DNA of 64,000 bases from an uncultured Candidatus Saccharibacteria bacterium (GCA_964630375.1 CAZVRT010000001.1:135379-199378); one strand, 5' to 3'; positions 26,265-35,071 are shown, counted from the stretch's first letter. Numbers and translations: made by a program. The notes: generated by a model not told the origin, from the letters alone.

Positions 26265-26599
26265 AGTCGCTGACTGTATTGGTACATGTACCAATAAGTT
26301 CTGATTCTCAAGAAACAAAAAAGTTCTCTTCTTCTGCAGATTTTTTCCTCTCGGATTTTTTGTCTGATAAGAATCGATTTTTCTGATTTCAAAGATTTTT
26401 TCAACAACGGCTTGTCCAAGCCAAAAGATTTTTTGGAAAGAGCGTCGAGACATCGGCTGCAAAATTCCTCGTAATCAAGAAGCTCTTTGTTTTGTATCAG
26501 AAGTTGTGACGTTGAAGTTATAACTTCAAACATTTCTCGTTTGATTGCTAGCAGGTTCATTTGCTGGCAATTGTATATATTGGAGGATAATTTTGCAAA

Positions 26600-27256
26600 C
26601 TAAGCTTTGTAATCTTGTTTAAGCTCTGGAATTTTTCCTTCTTTTACTAATTCAGATTCTTTGCGGTCTTTTTCTGCATTTTTAAAGTTTTGTTTGATAA
26701 AGCCTTCAATAATATCTTTTTGATGGTATCTGCTTTCTTTTATCTCTGCTTTTTCATCTAATTTTTGAAAAACGATTTGGCAAAATCTTTCTCCTGGGTA
26801 TAGTTTAATAACTTGAGAATCAGTATTGTTTCGAATAGGGATAGCTAGTTGTCCTTTGTACCCAGAATCAACGATACCTGTTAAGTCGACAGATAAACCT
26901 TTTCTGTTTGTTGATGAGCGAGGGTAAAGAATCGCCATTAAGTCATCAGGAATTCCTACTGTTTCAAGTGTTGAAGCTAAAACATATTCACCAGGCAGAA
27001 GATCAAAAGTTTGTGATTTTTCTAATTCAATTACATCAAAATAATCTGGACGGTTTTCGCTTAAATGGTCGATATTTAATGCTTCTCGTCCTTTGTCTGT
27101 AAGATGCCATCTTTTTGGCAAAAGAAATGTGTAGCCAAGTCGCAAGTCTATGGCGTGAGCTTGTAATTGAAATTCATCCAAACTTGGTTCGAAAATAATT
27201 TCGTTAGAGTTAATTTTTTCCAGTATTTGTTTTTTAGTCAGAATAGACATATTCAA
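26600..27256 (-). CDS. dcd: dCTP deaminase family protein
   Basis: HAIDLRLG...PGEYVLASTLE...DSGYKG follows the Dcd/dUTPase-like trimer motif order. Likely start at MSILTKK (27250). Confidence 0.75.
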   Translation of the reverse strand: MNMSILTKKQILEKINSNEIIFEPSLDEFQLQAHAIDLRLGYTFLLPKRWHLTDKGREALNIDHLSENRPDYFDVIELEKSQTFDLLPGEYVLASTLETVGIPDDLMAILYPRSSTNRKGLSVDLTGIVDSGYKGQLAIPIRNNTDSQVIKLYPGERFCQIVFQKLDEKAEIKESRYHQKDIIEGFIKQNFKNAEKDRKESELVKEGKIPELKQDYKA

Positions 27257-27731
27257 ATAATATCGTATTTGGAGATAAGTTTGTACTTGATACCAGCTTT
27301 AATTTTTGTCGCAATTCTTGGGGCAGAAAAGGGACTCCTTCGCCAAATTCTATGTTCTCTTGAGTCAGAAACACTTTTTGGACCAAACCCTTTTCAATGA
27401 ATGTTTTATAAATCTCAGCCCCACCGATAATCGCGACTTCTTTTGTGTCTTCTTTTTCAAGTCTGGCAATTAAATCTTCCGGAGACTCTGATGTTGTTTC
27501 AACTCCGTCGATTTTTAAATCTTGTCGGCTTAAAATAATGTTTCTTCTGTTTTTTAGAGGTTTACCGAAAGTTTCAAAAGTTTTTCTACCCATTATCACT
27601 GTGCCGGCTTCTTTTGTTTTTTCAATGAAAAAATTTTTATCTTCTTTGCTAGTCCAGCTCATCGAATTTTCAGAATCATTTTTTGCAATGAATCCATCTT
27701 TTGTTTCTGCTGCGATTGCGAATACTTGCAT
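27234..27731 (-). CDS. folA: Dihydrofolate reductase
   Basis: MQVFAIAAETKDGFIAKN...TVIMGRKTFETFGKPLKNRRNIILSR matches the DHFR signature. ATG lies 5 nt after the thyA stop. Confidence 0.75.
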   Translation of the reverse strand: MQVFAIAAETKDGFIAKNDSENSMSWTSKEDKNFFIEKTKEAGTVIMGRKTFETFGKPLKNRRNIILSRQDLKIDGVETTSESPEDLIARLEKEDTKEVAIIGGAEIYKTFIEKGLVQKVFLTQENIEFGEGVPFLPQELRQKLKLVSSTNLSPNTILFEYVYSD

Positions 27732-27735
27732 GTTT

Positions 27736-28572
27736 TTATAAAGCAATTTTTAAACCTTTAATTGATCGCATTGGTTTATATTGAGATTCAATTTGAGAAA
27801 CTATTTCTTCAAGTAAAGTTTCATCTTTTTGTTCTGAGCGTTCAAAAGAATTTTCGGGCAAAGTTAATTTGATTGCTTTATGGTCATTTGTTCGAGAAAT
27901 AATTTCTTTTGCGGCATTGTAGTGATTCTCATAAATGTGTGCGTTTGAAATTGAGTGAGAGTAAGTACCAACTTTTACACCAAGTCTTTGCGCAAGAACA
28001 TATTGAAGAAAACAAAATCCTGCGATATCAAAAGGTGCGCCAAGAATCATGTCGTTTGAACGAACAATGTTGTGCATATGAAGTTTTCCATCAATGATGT
28101 TTATGGTGAAAGTGTATGGACAGGGAACATTGGCTTTTTTCTTTAATGAAAGACCGTCTTGTGCTGGATCCCAAGCGATAACAACTCCGTGCCGTGAGCT
28201 CGGTTCTTTTTCAAGAAGTTCAACAAGAAGTTTTATTTGGTCTCGTCCGAAGTGTTTTCGCCATCGGTATCCGTATGCAACAGTTACAACATCGTTTGGA
28301 TTTGTGAAAGCATCCCAGATTTTTGTGTGGTTGCGGAGAAAGTCGGCAGGTTTTCTTGCTCCAGACAAAAACCAGATTTGCTCTACGAATGGTCCGCGAA
28401 CAGGAATTTTTCTTAAAGTTAAAAGAGGGAAACCATCTTCTTCGGGGTTGATTTTAAAATGCATTCCTGGGACGGCGGCTGTTTCTAATTTTGTTCTTTC
28501 TGAAAATTCTCGATAACCTTTTTCAAGTATCTCTTTAAGCATTTCTTGGTAGATTTGGTCAAACTTTGTCAT
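27736..28572 (-). CDS. thyA: Thymidylate synthase ThyA
   Basis: LRKIPVRGPFVEQIWFLSGA...PCPYTFTINIIDGKLHMHNIVRSNDMILGAPFDIA has the catalytic Cys in the P-C-P-Y region. Confidence 0.9.
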   Translation of the reverse strand: MTKFDQIYQEMLKEILEKGYREFSERTKLETAAVPGMHFKINPEEDGFPLLTLRKIPVRGPFVEQIWFLSGARKPADFLRNHTKIWDAFTNPNDVVTVAYGYRWRKHFGRDQIKLLVELLEKEPSSRHGVVIAWDPAQDGLSLKKKANVPCPYTFTINIIDGKLHMHNIVRSNDMILGAPFDIAGFCFLQYVLAQRLGVKVGTYSHSISNAHIYENHYNAAKEIISRTNDHKAIKLTLPENSFERSEQKDETLLEEIVSQIESQYKPMRSIKGLKIAL

Positions 28573-28606
28573 GTCAGTATTTACATTATAATATTTAAAG
28601 TATAAT

Positions 28607-29140
28607 ATGCATTATAGACATTCCTTAACTTTTATGGACAAAAAAGAAATTAAATACCCATATCTTCCTGAGGGGAGAGAAATCAAATATGTGTCAGCTG
28701 ACAATCTTTTTATGAAAGAGGCGCGCGCTTTTGCTCGTGAGCACTCACTGGATGATGCAATGCCAAACTCTAGTGTGATGGTGAAAGATGGTAATGTCAT
28801 CGCCCGGGCCGCAAACGGTAGCGATTATCACAAAACTTATGCGTGCGAGAGAGTAAAGCAAGGAATTCCAACTGGGCAAGGTTATGAGCTTTGTGAAGGT
28901 TGTCACCCTAAAAATCACTCTGAACAATCTGTGATCAGAGAAGCACAAGAAAAAGAATTTGATGTCTCTGGTGCGGATATTTATCTGTGGGGGCATTGGT
29001 GGTGTTGTGAACCTTGCTGGAACGCAATGATTGAAAACGGAATCAAAGATGTTTATTTGTTGGAAGGAAGTGAAAAACTTTTTGACAGAGGTCATCCTGA
29101 AAATATCATTGGACGTCAGTTTGAATCGACAGAGGGCTAG
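28607..29140 (+). CDS. comEB: dCMP deaminase (cytidine/deoxycytidylate deaminase zinc-binding family)
   Basis: HSEQSVI (H[AS]E) and CEPC (PCxxC) zinc motifs. The protein ends ENIIGRQFESTEG*. Confidence 0.8.
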   Translation: MHYRHSLTFMDKKEIKYPYLPEGREIKYVSADNLFMKEARAFAREHSLDDAMPNSSVMVKDGNVIARAANGSDYHKTYACERVKQGIPTGQGYELCEGCHPKNHSEQSVIREAQEKEFDVSGADIYLWGHWWCCEPCWNAMIENGIKDVYLLEGSEKLFDRGHPENIIGRQFESTEG

Positions 29141-29153
29141 TTCCTCTTTTTTA
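29098..29153 (+). repeat. Direct repeat, left copy (3' end of comEB plus its terminator)
   Basis: tgaaaatatcattggacgtcagtttgaa-t-cgacagagg-[hairpin]-ttttt. About 47 of 56 positions are identical to 33846..33899. Confidence 0.85.
29131..29153 (+). terminator. Terminator of comEB
   Basis: agagg-gctagtt-cctct hairpin followed by tttttt. Confidence 0.6.
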
Positions 29154-29215
29154 TTTTTAAATTTTTTAGCTTTGGTATAAACTAATATTTAATTTATTAA
29201 ATTAAATATACTTCC

Positions 29216-30544
29216 GTGAAAGATACTGAGGAATTGAAAAATCAAATCAAAAATAAAAAAGTATTGGTAGTTTCAGGTTGTAATTTTTCTTTTCCACTAA
29301 ATTCTGGACCAACTTTGAGATCTATGTTTAACAAGTTTGAAAAAGATAACTTGGCACAAATGTATTTTGCCGGAGATAATATGCCGGATTTTGAATTTTG
29401 CAGTAATTATTTTAAGGTGACTTGGGTTGATATTCTAACTTCGTTAGTGCAAGGGTATTCTGATTGTGGTTCTGTTTACGCCAATACGGATGATTTTGAT
29501 TCGAATGGAACTGTAGAATCACGAAGTATTCTATCATTCTTAATACAAAGGTTTTTATATTCAATTATTCCAATATTTCAAAAGAGTCCTCGTCTGAGAG
29601 ATTTTATCTGGAGATTTAATTCTTGGAAAAGTCCAAAAATGTTAAAGTGGCTAGATGAGTATAAGCCAGATTTGATTTTCTTCAGTCCTGCTGATAGGGG
29701 GTCTTCTCATCAGATTGCTAGATTTATTTCAAATTACACCAGAGCCCCGCTTGTTGTTTGGGTTACTGATGACTATGTCTTATTTCCAAAGCGTATAAAC
29801 TTGATTGATAAAATACAAAAAATAAGATTGAGGAGAATTTTTAGAAAAACTATTTCAATGTCATCTGTTTGTTTTGCAATTGGCGATCGAATGGCCAAAG
29901 ATTACGAAAAGTTTTTTGGAAAAAGATTTATGACAATTATGAACTCGGTCAAAATACAAGATTATGTTGAATATTCGGGCGGACAGAATCTGAACTTTTC
30001 TTATTTTGGTAGTTTGTATCTTGATAGATGGAAAATTTTAATAAAATTAGCAGAGGCAGCGCCTCCTGGGAGTATAAGTGTATATACTGATCTTTCAAAA
30101 CTTCCAAAAAATATTGTTGAAGATATTGTTTTTGAATTTGAAAAGGCTGATATAAAAATTAAGGAATTTGTTAAAGGCGAAGATTTGCGAAAAGCTATGT
30201 TGGATAGCGATATACTTATTCAAGCAGAAAGTGACGATATTGTAACAAAAAGTCTGACGCGGCTTTCGGTGGCTACTAAAATTCCAGAATATTTAATTTC
30301 AGGCAGGGCTATTCTGGGCATTGGTCCACCAGAAGTTGCTTCTATGAAATTATTATCAGAAAACAATATAGGGTTAGTTATTTCTGGTGATAATATTTCT
30401 ATTCAAAATAAAAATCTAAAAAGAATAGTAGACGACCCTGATTATAGAAAAGAGCTTGGTAAGCGCGGGTATGATTATGCAGTTGCAAATTTTGATAATG
30501 ATTTGATTTCGGCAAGGTTTAAGGATATTATCGAAAACATATAA
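29216..30544 (+). CDS. Glycosyltransferase (GT-B fold, GT4-like)
   Basis: 442-aa ORF with GTG start. C-terminal ...SVATKIPEYLISGRAILGIGPPEV resembles the GT4 nucleotide-sugar binding motif. Its position upstream of fnlABC-like genes suggests a FucNAc transferase. Confidence 0.55.
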   Translation: MKDTEELKNQIKNKKVLVVSGCNFSFPLNSGPTLRSMFNKFEKDNLAQMYFAGDNMPDFEFCSNYFKVTWVDILTSLVQGYSDCGSVYANTDDFDSNGTVESRSILSFLIQRFLYSIIPIFQKSPRLRDFIWRFNSWKSPKMLKWLDEYKPDLIFFSPADRGSSHQIARFISNYTRAPLVVWVTDDYVLFPKRINLIDKIQKIRLRRIFRKTISMSSVCFAIGDRMAKDYEKFFGKRFMTIMNSVKIQDYVEYSGGQNLNFSYFGSLYLDRWKILIKLAEAAPPGSISVYTDLSKLPKNIVEDIVFEFEKADIKIKEFVKGEDLRKAMLDSDILIQAESDDIVTKSLTRLSVATKIPEYLISGRAILGIGPPEVASMKLLSENNIGLVISGDNISIQNKNLKRIVDDPDYRKELGKRGYDYAVANFDNDLISARFKDIIENI

Positions 30545-30549
30545 ATAAT

Positions 30550-31575
30550 ATGAAAGATAAAATATTACTAATAACAGGGGGAACTGGTTCTTTTGGAAAC
30601 GCTGCAGTTGAGAAATTTTTAGATACTAATCATTTTAAAGAAATTCGCATATTTTCGAGAGATGAGAAAAAACAAGATGATATGCGTAATTATTTCAGAA
30701 ATCCTAAATTAAAATTTTATATTGGAGATGTGCGTGATCCCCAAAGTTTGGATATTGCGATGAAAGGAGTAGATTATGTTTTTCATGCTGCCGCATTAAA
30801 GCAAGTTCCGTCTTTGGAATTTTTTCCGCTCGAAGCTGCTAAAACACATGTGTTTGGATCACAAAATGTAATTTCTTCCGCGATTTCACACAAGGTTAAA
30901 AAGGTTATATTAATGAGTACAGATAAAGCTGTTTATCCAATAAACGCAATGGGGATCTCGAAAGCTTTAATGGAAAAAGTTGCTGTTGCTGCTTCTAGAA
31001 CCTTGACCGATGATGAAACTGTAATATCTGTGGTGCGTTATGGAAACATTATGGCTTCTAGAGGTTCTGTAATTCCATTATTTTTAAAACAAATAAAATC
31101 GGGCAAAGCACTAACAATTACCAACCCCAACATGACTCGTTTTTTAATGTCCATTCATGATTCTGTGGAACTGGTATTATTTGCTTTTGAAAACGGTAAG
31201 CAAGGAGACATATTTGTAAACAAAGCTCCATCTGGTACGGTCGGTGATTTGGCTGAAGCATTAAAACAGATATGTAATGCTAATAATCCAATACAAGTTA
31301 TTGGGTTAAGGCATGGTGAAAAAACACATGAAACTCTATGTTCTAAAGAAGAAATGGTTGTGGCTCAAGATATGGGTAATTTTTATCGCATACCAGCTGA
31401 TTGCCGAGATTTAAACTACACACTTCAAAATTTACAAAATGATAATTTGGTACAAGAAGGTTATACGTCAGATAACGCTGAACAAAAAAATGTAGAAGAT
31501 ATTAAAAACATATTATTAAAATTGCCTTATATTCGCAGAGAGGTTTTTGGAGAAGATGCCAAACATGACATCTAA
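30550..31575 (+). CDS. UDP-GlcNAc 4,6-dehydratase/5-epimerase (CapD/Cap5E/FnlA family)
   Basis: KILLITGGTGSFGNA (SDR Rossmann), MSTDKAVYP (catalytic YxxxK region shifted as in CapE), 341 aa as in Cap5E/FnlA. Confidence 0.85.
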   Translation: MKDKILLITGGTGSFGNAAVEKFLDTNHFKEIRIFSRDEKKQDDMRNYFRNPKLKFYIGDVRDPQSLDIAMKGVDYVFHAAALKQVPSLEFFPLEAAKTHVFGSQNVISSAISHKVKKVILMSTDKAVYPINAMGISKALMEKVAVAASRTLTDDETVISVVRYGNIMASRGSVIPLFLKQIKSGKALTITNPNMTRFLMSIHDSVELVLFAFENGKQGDIFVNKAPSGTVGDLAEALKQICNANNPIQVIGLRHGEKTHETLCSKEEMVVAQDMGNFYRIPADCRDLNYTLQNLQNDNLVQEGYTSDNAEQKNVEDIKNILLKLPYIRREVFGEDAKHDI

Positions 31576-32692
31576 ACATATCAAAATAGGAATTACGGGA
31601 CAATCTGGATTTATTGGAACACATTTACGTAATACTATGATGCGTAGTCCGGATAAATTTTTTCTTATTGATTTTCATAGAAATTATTTTTTAAACGATG
31701 TTGAGCTGGATAAATTTTGCGAACAATGTGATGTGATTGTGCACTGCGCATCGGTAATTAAAACTGACGATGATGATTTTTATCAAACCAATGTTTTGCT
31801 TGCGGAAAAGTTGGCAAACTCATTAATACGTGTTGGAGGGGATAAGCATTTGGTGATGACGTCTTCTTTACAAGAGGATAAAGATACTTCTTATGGTAAA
31901 TCCAAAAAACTTGCACGTGAATTATTGGCGCAACAATCAAGTCAAAGTAATTTTTCATTTACAGGTATGATAGTTCCCAATGTGTTCGGTCCTTTTATGT
32001 GCCCTTATCATAATTCAGTAATTGCTACTTTTTGCCAACAAATAGTTAAAAATGAAACTCCAAAAATTATAGTTGATAACACTTTGAGTCTTATCTACAT
32101 CGACGAATTGGTTAAAGAAATTATTGATAAAGTTTTAAACAAGGAAAACAATCCTTTGTATATTGTTCCTCATCAATACAAAATCAAGGTTTCTGATTTA
32201 TTAGATAAATTACAAAACTATAAAACATGTTATCAAGATATGAAATGTATTCCTGATATCAGTGATTCTTTTAGTCTAAATTTATTTAATACTTATCTAT
32301 GCTACTTGTTTTCAGAAAATTATTTTCCAGTTCAACTTGATGTTCATGAAGATGAAAGGGGAATTTTTTCAGAAATTGTAAAACTTAAATCAGGAGGTCA
32401 GGTTTCTTTTTCAACCACTCTGCCCGGAGTCATAAGAGGAAATCATTACCATACTAGGAAGGTTGAAAGATTCATTGTGGTAAAAGGAAAAGCTATGATA
32501 GCATTGCGCAAGATAGGTACTAGTGAAGTTTTAAAATTTAATGTTGATGGACAGAAACCTGCTTATGTTGATATTCCGATATGGCATACACACAACATAC
32601 AGAATACGGGTAATGATAGTTTGCATGTTGTTTTTTGGATAAATGAAATTTATAACCCTGATGATTCAGATACTTATTTTGAAAAAGTTTAA
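31547..32692 (+). CDS. Cap5F/FnlB-like NAD-dependent reductase with C-terminal cupin domain
   Basis: IGITGQSGFIG Rossmann N-domain and a C-terminal cupin-like region (GNHYHTRKVERFIVVKGKA), the two-domain architecture of CapF/WbjC. The start could be at Met7 (31565). Confidence 0.65.
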   Translation: MEKMPNMTSKHIKIGITGQSGFIGTHLRNTMMRSPDKFFLIDFHRNYFLNDVELDKFCEQCDVIVHCASVIKTDDDDFYQTNVLLAEKLANSLIRVGGDKHLVMTSSLQEDKDTSYGKSKKLARELLAQQSSQSNFSFTGMIVPNVFGPFMCPYHNSVIATFCQQIVKNETPKIIVDNTLSLIYIDELVKEIIDKVLNKENNPLYIVPHQYKIKVSDLLDKLQNYKTCYQDMKCIPDISDSFSLNLFNTYLCYLFSENYFPVQLDVHEDERGIFSEIVKLKSGGQVSFSTTLPGVIRGNHYHTRKVERFIVVKGKAMIALRKIGTSEVLKFNVDGQKPAYVDIPIWHTHNIQNTGNDSLHVVFWINEIYNPDDSDTYFEKV

Positions 32693-32713
32693 CAGTTATT
32701 AAGTTATTAAATT

Positions 32714-33838
32714 ATGAAATTAAAAGTAATCACAGTGATTGGTACTAGGCCTGAAATTATACGTTTATCTAGGGTAATGCATGCTTTGGATTTTTCTGAA
32801 TCAATAGAGCATGTCGTTGTTCATACTGGTCAAAATTATGATTATGAATTAAATCAGATTTTTTTTGATGAATTAGAGTTGCGTAAACCCAATTATTTTC
32901 TTGATGCTGCTGGAGAAACTACTGCCGATACAATAGGTCAGATTTTTACAAAACTGGATAAAATTCTTGATGTTGAAAAACCAGATGCGTTTTTAGTATT
33001 GGGGGACACAAATAGTTGTTTGAGTACTATTATTGCAAAGAAAAAACATATACCAGTTTTTCACATGGAAGCAGGTAATCGTTGTTTTGATCAGAGAGTC
33101 CCGGAAGAGACTAATCGTAAAATCGTTGATCATATTTCAGACATAAATTTAACTTATAGCAACATTGCAAGAGAGTATTTGATTAATGAGGGATTCCCTG
33201 CGAAGCAGATTATTAAAACCGGCTCACCAATGTTTGAAGTTATTAACTATTATTTGCCTGGTATTTTGTCTTCAAATATTTTGGAGAAACTGAAAATTGA
33301 GAAAGGGAAGTTTTTTGTAGTTTCTTTTCATAGACAAGAAAATGTAGATGATGAGCAAAACCTTTCTTCATTTTTGGAAATACTAAATCTTGTGTCTGAA
33401 AAATATAATTATCCAATTATTGTCAGTACTCATCCTCGGACGCGAGCAAAAATAGAAAAAAGTAATATAAAAATAGATTCCAATATTCATTTTTTGAAGC
33501 CCCTAGGATTTTTTGATTATCAAGCCTTACAAATTAATTCTTTTGCCGTGTTGTCTGACAGTGGAACTATTTCGGAAGAATCATCAATATTAAATTTTAG
33601 AGCGCTTAATCTTCGTGAATCTCATGAAAGACCAGAGGGAATGGAAGAAGCGGCGGCGATGATGGTTGGGTTAAATGCCGACAGGGTTATGCAAGGGCTT
33701 TCTCAGTTGCAGTATCAAAAAACAGATTCTGAAAGAAATTTTAGATTAGTGTCGGATTATTCTGTACCAAATGTATCAGACAAAGTTGTGAGAATAATTA
33801 TTAGTTACGTTGATTACATAAAAAGATTATATAATTAA
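32714..33838 (+). CDS. UDP-N-acetylglucosamine 2-epimerase (non-hydrolysing; Cap5G/FnlC/WecB family)
   Basis: MKLKVITVIGTRPEIIRLS...HTGQNYDYELNQIFF...GDTNS...HMEAGNR are canonical WecB motifs. Confidence 0.85.
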   Translation: MKLKVITVIGTRPEIIRLSRVMHALDFSESIEHVVVHTGQNYDYELNQIFFDELELRKPNYFLDAAGETTADTIGQIFTKLDKILDVEKPDAFLVLGDTNSCLSTIIAKKKHIPVFHMEAGNRCFDQRVPEETNRKIVDHISDINLTYSNIAREYLINEGFPAKQIIKTGSPMFEVINYYLPGILSSNILEKLKIEKGKFFVVSFHRQENVDDEQNLSSFLEILNLVSEKYNYPIIVSTHPRTRAKIEKSNIKIDSNIHFLKPLGFFDYQALQINSFAVLSDSGTISEESSILNFRALNLRESHERPEGMEEAAAMMVGLNADRVMQGLSQLQYQKTDSERNFRLVSDYSVPNVSDKVVRIIISYVDYIKRLYN

Positions 33839-33845
33839 AGCTGGT

Positions 33846-33899
33846 TGAAAATATCATTGGACGTCAGTTTGAAGCGACAGAGGATTAATCCTCTTTTTA
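33846..33899 (+). repeat. Direct repeat, right copy (orphan copy of comEB 3' end plus terminator)
   Basis: It encodes ENIIGRQFEATED* in frame but has no upstream deaminase body. The hairpin is agagg-attaat-cctct followed by ttttt. Confidence 0.85.
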
Positions 33900-33962
33900 T
33901 TTAAATAAAAAAGCAGTCATCCCTTAAGACGACCGCGAAAGAGCTTCAATTTGTTTCTGGTA

Positions 33963-34652
33963 TCACAGCGGTATAGAAGGATCCATTTTGAGAAACCAAT
34001 CCGGAACTTCCGACCTCTTTGTGGCTTCTTCATAATAAATCTTGTACCCAGTTTCTTGGCACTCTGTTTCCAGTAAACCAAACTTTCCAAACAGATCGAA
34101 GAGATGGCGGAACCTTTCCTGAGCTTCTGCAATCAGTTGATGTTGGTCTGCTCTGTGGGTCTGTAACCACAGACATCTTTCGGCGGCGGTGACCAAAATA
34201 CTGAATCCGACTCTCTTAATCTCGTCAAATGAATTGCACAACTTGATGTCTGCACCCATTTCCCAGAAAAGATTGTCAGAATCTTTTTCAAAGATCTTTA
34301 GCAATTTTTTTTCTAGAAAAGTGAAAATTAGTATGACAATGCTGACCACCGTAAAACTCAAGAGTAGTGCGATATCAAGACTTTCTTTGGGAGTCCTACC
34401 AATGATTAAAAAGAAGGCTGACCAGAACACCAATAAGAATGCCATTACGAGCAAAGTATATAGCATATTCAAAGTGTTTTTTTCGATTTGAACTAAATCA
34501 ACCTTCTTTATGTCTGACCAACTTGCGACAAGATAGTCACGAGTCTTGCGATTCATTAACATTTCTGCGATTTTCATTTTGTCTTTCAATGCTGATTGGT
34601 TTATTTCAAAAGCGGAGAGTTTCGGTCTCACTATAAAATGGTTTTCGGCCAT
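33963..34652 (-). CDS. Hypothetical membrane protein, compositionally GC-richer than the core
   Basis: 229 aa with two central TM helices. Its codon usage and GC are clearly higher than flanking genes. Confidence 0.4.
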   Translation of the reverse strand: MAENHFIVRPKLSAFEINQSALKDKMKIAEMLMNRKTRDYLVASWSDIKKVDLVQIEKNTLNMLYTLLVMAFLLVFWSAFFLIIGRTPKESLDIALLLSFTVVSIVILIFTFLEKKLLKIFEKDSDNLFWEMGADIKLCNSFDEIKRVGFSILVTAAERCLWLQTHRADQHQLIAEAQERFRHLFDLFGKFGLLETECQETGYKIYYEEATKRSEVPDWFLKMDPSIPL

Positions 34653-34745
34653 TTACAGTTTTTTCGCTTGCTTGTGATTGTCAGCTTCAATCTTCGTTGC
34701 AAAATTAACAATAATTTTAGCGGACGTCAATTTTTGGGAAATGAA

Positions 34746-34780
34746 TAAGCCGCGGGCGAAGCCCGCGGCTTATTTGATTT
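34746..34780 (+). terminator. Orphan GC-rich hairpin plus T-run with no obvious upstream plus-strand gene
   Basis: aagccgcgggcgaagcccgcggctt followed by atttgatttt. Confidence 0.4.
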
Positions 34781-35071
34781 TAATTGGCACAAAAATCCAA
34801 TTTCTCACGCCAAAAGTTATGATTTTCCTCGGGTGTGAATTTTCAGATACAAGACAATGATTTACTTGCAAATCTGAAGCGGTGTCTTGTTTAAACCTCC
34901 TCAGATTTTCTGGAGTTGCTTCCAGAAAGAACAAGTATTCCGGATAGTACAGTTCTGGTTGCTTCATCTATTAGCTATAATAGCATTTTTTGATAAAATA
35001 TCTTTAATAAGTAAAACGCTATGATTTAACCTCTGCAAAAACTAATATTTATTAAATTAACTATAATTACT

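Larger units (their letters stand above)
29098..33899 (+). other. Putative inserted glycan-biosynthesis islet bounded by direct repeats
   Basis: Four co-directional sugar-nucleotide and glycosyltransferase genes lie between two copies of the comEB 3' end. They interrupt the thyA-folA-dcd | comEB | glyA-dut-tmk cluster. Confidence 0.5.

Noticed and set aside
34716-34726. Possible third, degenerate copy of the island direct repeat (ggacgtca followed by a terminator hairpin).
   Set aside because: Only an 8-mer is shared. About two chance occurrences are expected in 64 kb on both strands. Mentioned in a finding but not called as a repeat.
35063-35068. Perfect TATAAT hexamer upstream of glyA as a -10 promoter element.
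   Set aside because: It ends only 3 nt before the ATG, which is too close unless the mRNA is leaderless. In an AT-rich genome such hexamers are frequent, so no promoter call was made.
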